IMG/VR virus record: IMGVR_UViG_3300027782_003691
Strand: one strand, 5' to 3'
DNA length: 64,000 bases
Source: an uncultured virus (IMG/VR IMGVR_UViG_3300027782_003691)
Lineage: Duplodnaviria; Heunggongvirae; Uroviricota; Caudoviricetes
Shown here: positions 62,055 through 64,000 of the stretch, one piece after another
How the letters are laid out: each line of letters opens with the position of its first letter
Numbering within the stretch: the first letter of the stretch is position 1
The notes under the pieces: model-generated
What the model saw: the letters and a program-made list of their open reading frames with translations, nothing else
Told to the model about the DNA's origin: nothing
Databases searched by the model: none
Made by a program: the position numbers and the translations under genes

Positions 62055-62453
62055 TTATTCATCTTCCTGTTTAAGTATATCTACCATCTCTTGCTTCTCT
62101 TTTTCTTTGAGATCATTGATATCGTATTTCTCAAATCTATAGCCATACTTCATGGAAGGCATAAGTGCTACCTTTTCAAATAGATCCATTTGCTCTTTGC
62201 TGACACTGAAGATATGTCCCTGTACCGGACCGTCAGTAGTATCATTTTGAAGTTTAGATTTACTTTTTGCCTCACCCACTAATGACTGTCGCCAAGTGTA
62301 ACTCTCGGGATCTATGGCGTCGGCAAATACCGCTATTTTTTTATCTTCTCTTGAGTTGGCCCAAGCAACATATAGGTTGTCAGATTCATAGAGTCGATCA
62401 TACTCTTCGGGAGTAGATGATCTTTGCGTAAACATTTCATTTAAAAATGGCAT
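62055..62453 (-). CDS. hypothetical protein
   Basis: 132 aa, AAGGA SD. Confidence 0.6.
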   Translation of the reverse strand: MPFLNEMFTQRSSTPEEYDRLYESDNLYVAWANSREDKKIAVFADAIDPESYTWRQSLVGEAKSKSKLQNDTTDGPVQGHIFSVSKEQMDLFEKVALMPSMKYGYRFEKYDINDLKEKEKQEMVDILKQEDE

Positions 62454-62586
62454 ATTGCTTCCTTGTTGTTATATTATATAGACTATTTAGGCCTGAGTCA
62501 AAGTTTATGGTAATTTCATTTGTCATTCACTATTATAACTTAACCATAAATTGATACGCTACCATTATGGCTATATAAATATCTGC

Positions 62587-63666
62587 ATGAAACGTGCCGT
62601 CTTATGTGTGGACAATCCACAAGATTTTATTCCCCAGTTAAAAGATCATTCGATAATGATCATAAATCCTAATGCCCCTGAGGCTAGGAACCGATACCTA
62701 TTGGAAAATTCCGACTGGAGTTTATACATCACTCGAGATCAAGAAAAAGTTAGAAATGGTAATGACTATCCTAACGAAAGAGTACTTTGGTATACATCAG
62801 GCACCACAGGAGATAGTAAGTTTTGTAGCTTTACACAAGCACATCTAAACAACATGGCTGCTACTATTGTTAGATCATACAACTTGACAGCTAACGATAG
62901 ATATACCAGCATCATGAGCTTATGGCATGCGCATGGGCAGGGTTTTTACTGGGCGGCGCAATTAGCAGGATGCGAAACTACCTACGTTACTATGAAAGAC
63001 ATTAAAACCTTTCCCTCTACTAAGCCAACTTTTATAACTGCCATTCCTGATGTACTAAGAGTTATTGCTGAATTAAATTTTGACAATTTAAGATTTATAC
63101 GTTCTGCCAGTGCTCCTATGTCACACGATTTATATCACAAATTAAGCGCAAAGTTTAATGTTCCTATAGTAGAAGCGTTTGGTATGACAGAAGCAATGAG
63201 TCACTGTTTCACTAATCCACTTGCCGGCCCACAACGAGTTGGCACAGTAGGATTGCCTGATGGCATAGAAGCTAAAATTGAAAATGGTCATTTGATGATC
63301 AAGGGTTTTAATATTTGTCATGGTGATTGGTACGATACAGGAGACCTAGCTGACCAAGATGAAATGGGTTACTATCGTATACTGGGTCGTAGTCGTGATC
63401 AAATTAACGTCAAGGGTTCTAAAATTAATCCTGTGAGTATCGAACGACAGTTACTACAGAACATTCCGGGTATGCAGGAATGTGTGGTATTTGGTACAGA
63501 TCATGTTAAGTGTCTATATGTAGGTACATGCGATGAAGATACTATCAAGAACTTTTTGATCAGCCTTGGTAAACATTGCAAACCAGCAGTACTCAAGTGT
63601 GTTGATAGTATTCCACTTAGCCCAGCAGGAAAAATATCTAGGGCTTTATTAGATTCCTGTCATTAA
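62587..63666 (+). CDS. short AMP-binding (ANL/acyl-CoA synthetase-like) enzyme
   Basis: YTSGTTG..K, FGMTE, YDTGD, GRSRDQINVKG, P....GK. Confidence 0.88.
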   Translation: MKRAVLCVDNPQDFIPQLKDHSIMIINPNAPEARNRYLLENSDWSLYITRDQEKVRNGNDYPNERVLWYTSGTTGDSKFCSFTQAHLNNMAATIVRSYNLTANDRYTSIMSLWHAHGQGFYWAAQLAGCETTYVTMKDIKTFPSTKPTFITAIPDVLRVIAELNFDNLRFIRSASAPMSHDLYHKLSAKFNVPIVEAFGMTEAMSHCFTNPLAGPQRVGTVGLPDGIEAKIENGHLMIKGFNICHGDWYDTGDLADQDEMGYYRILGRSRDQINVKGSKINPVSIERQLLQNIPGMQECVVFGTDHVKCLYVGTCDEDTIKNFLISLGKHCKPAVLKCVDSIPLSPAGKISRALLDSCH

Positions 63667-64000
63667 GGAACTTGTACATCTCATCGGCATACCATCTATA
63701 CGCTTCATCAGTAGGATGTAGAGATTTGTCATCCCACATCTTCTTGTTTTTGGCCTGTCTAAAAAGACTATCAGGATGCACGAAATTCCAGTCAATTTTA
63801 TTGTAATAATTTTTAAACTGTTTGAGCCGTAACAGCGTTCGGTACCAGACAAAGGTATATGGTATACCGTAGGATTTAAGTGTAGACTGAAGTGACAATG
63901 CTTGGGTTAACATTATCTGATGATTGATTTCATAGGTTGGAATAGTGAGAAATCGACGTCGGAATAATTCATTTTTATTTTCCGCCGCTTCTTCAGAAGG
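63638..64000 (-). CDS. SGNH-like protein, C-terminal part (runs off window end)
   Basis: Frame open to 64000; DDKSLHPT resembles SGNH block V. Confidence 0.5.
   Translation of the reverse strand, partial: PSEEAAENKNELFRRRFLTIPTYEINHQIMLTQALSLQSTLKSYGIPYTFVWYRTLLRLKQFKNYYNKIDWNFVHPDSLFRQAKNKKMWDDKSLHPTDEAYRWYADEMYKFLNDRNLIKP

Noticed and set aside
921..63852. Many short antisense or nested ORFs in the track (e.g. 17563-18024, 19416-20118, 53657-53987)
   Set aside because: Shadow frames of well-supported genes on the other strand or frame.
1..64000. Cellular (bacterial) chromosome origin
   Set aside because: No rRNA or ribosomal operons; T4-like RNase H, Seg-like endonuclease, many tiny ORFans, TAAATA late motifs and the tRNA array fit a jumbo phage, although no capsid or terminase gene is in this window.

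Overview
AT-rich, gene-dense segment of a large (jumbo/huge) tailed-phage genome, mostly transcribed on the minus strand and using the standard genetic code. It holds: (i) blocks of tailoring enzymes (8 radical SAM proteins, about 9 2OG-Fe(II)/cupin oxygenases, PP-loop ATPases, SGNH-like proteins, desaturase, glycosyltransferases, an NDP-sugar pathway); (ii) core phage genes (ThyX, T4 RNase H-like exonuclease, MoxR-type AAA+ plus VWA peptidase, MazG-like proteins); (iii) the 7-deazaguanine/preQ0 genes folE, queD, queE and a queC-like gene; (iv) 27 tRNA genes covering all 20 amino acids, several structurally atypical, interleaved with unclassified structured RNAs and a 4-copy conserved-stem hairpin family; (v) a circularly permuted two-piece tmRNA abutted by a GIY-YIG homing endonuclease. 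The most striking unannotated element is at the head of the main RNA array (44559-44819): a sigma70 promoter, a leaderless 52-codon ORF with all 20 amino acids in its first 38 codons (39 different codons), and mutually exclusive antiterminator/terminator hairpins. This looks like a 'pan-codon' ribosome-mediated attenuator that would switch on phage RNA genes when any host tRNA is depleted. All calls are by eye from sequence motifs; no database search or folding program was run.
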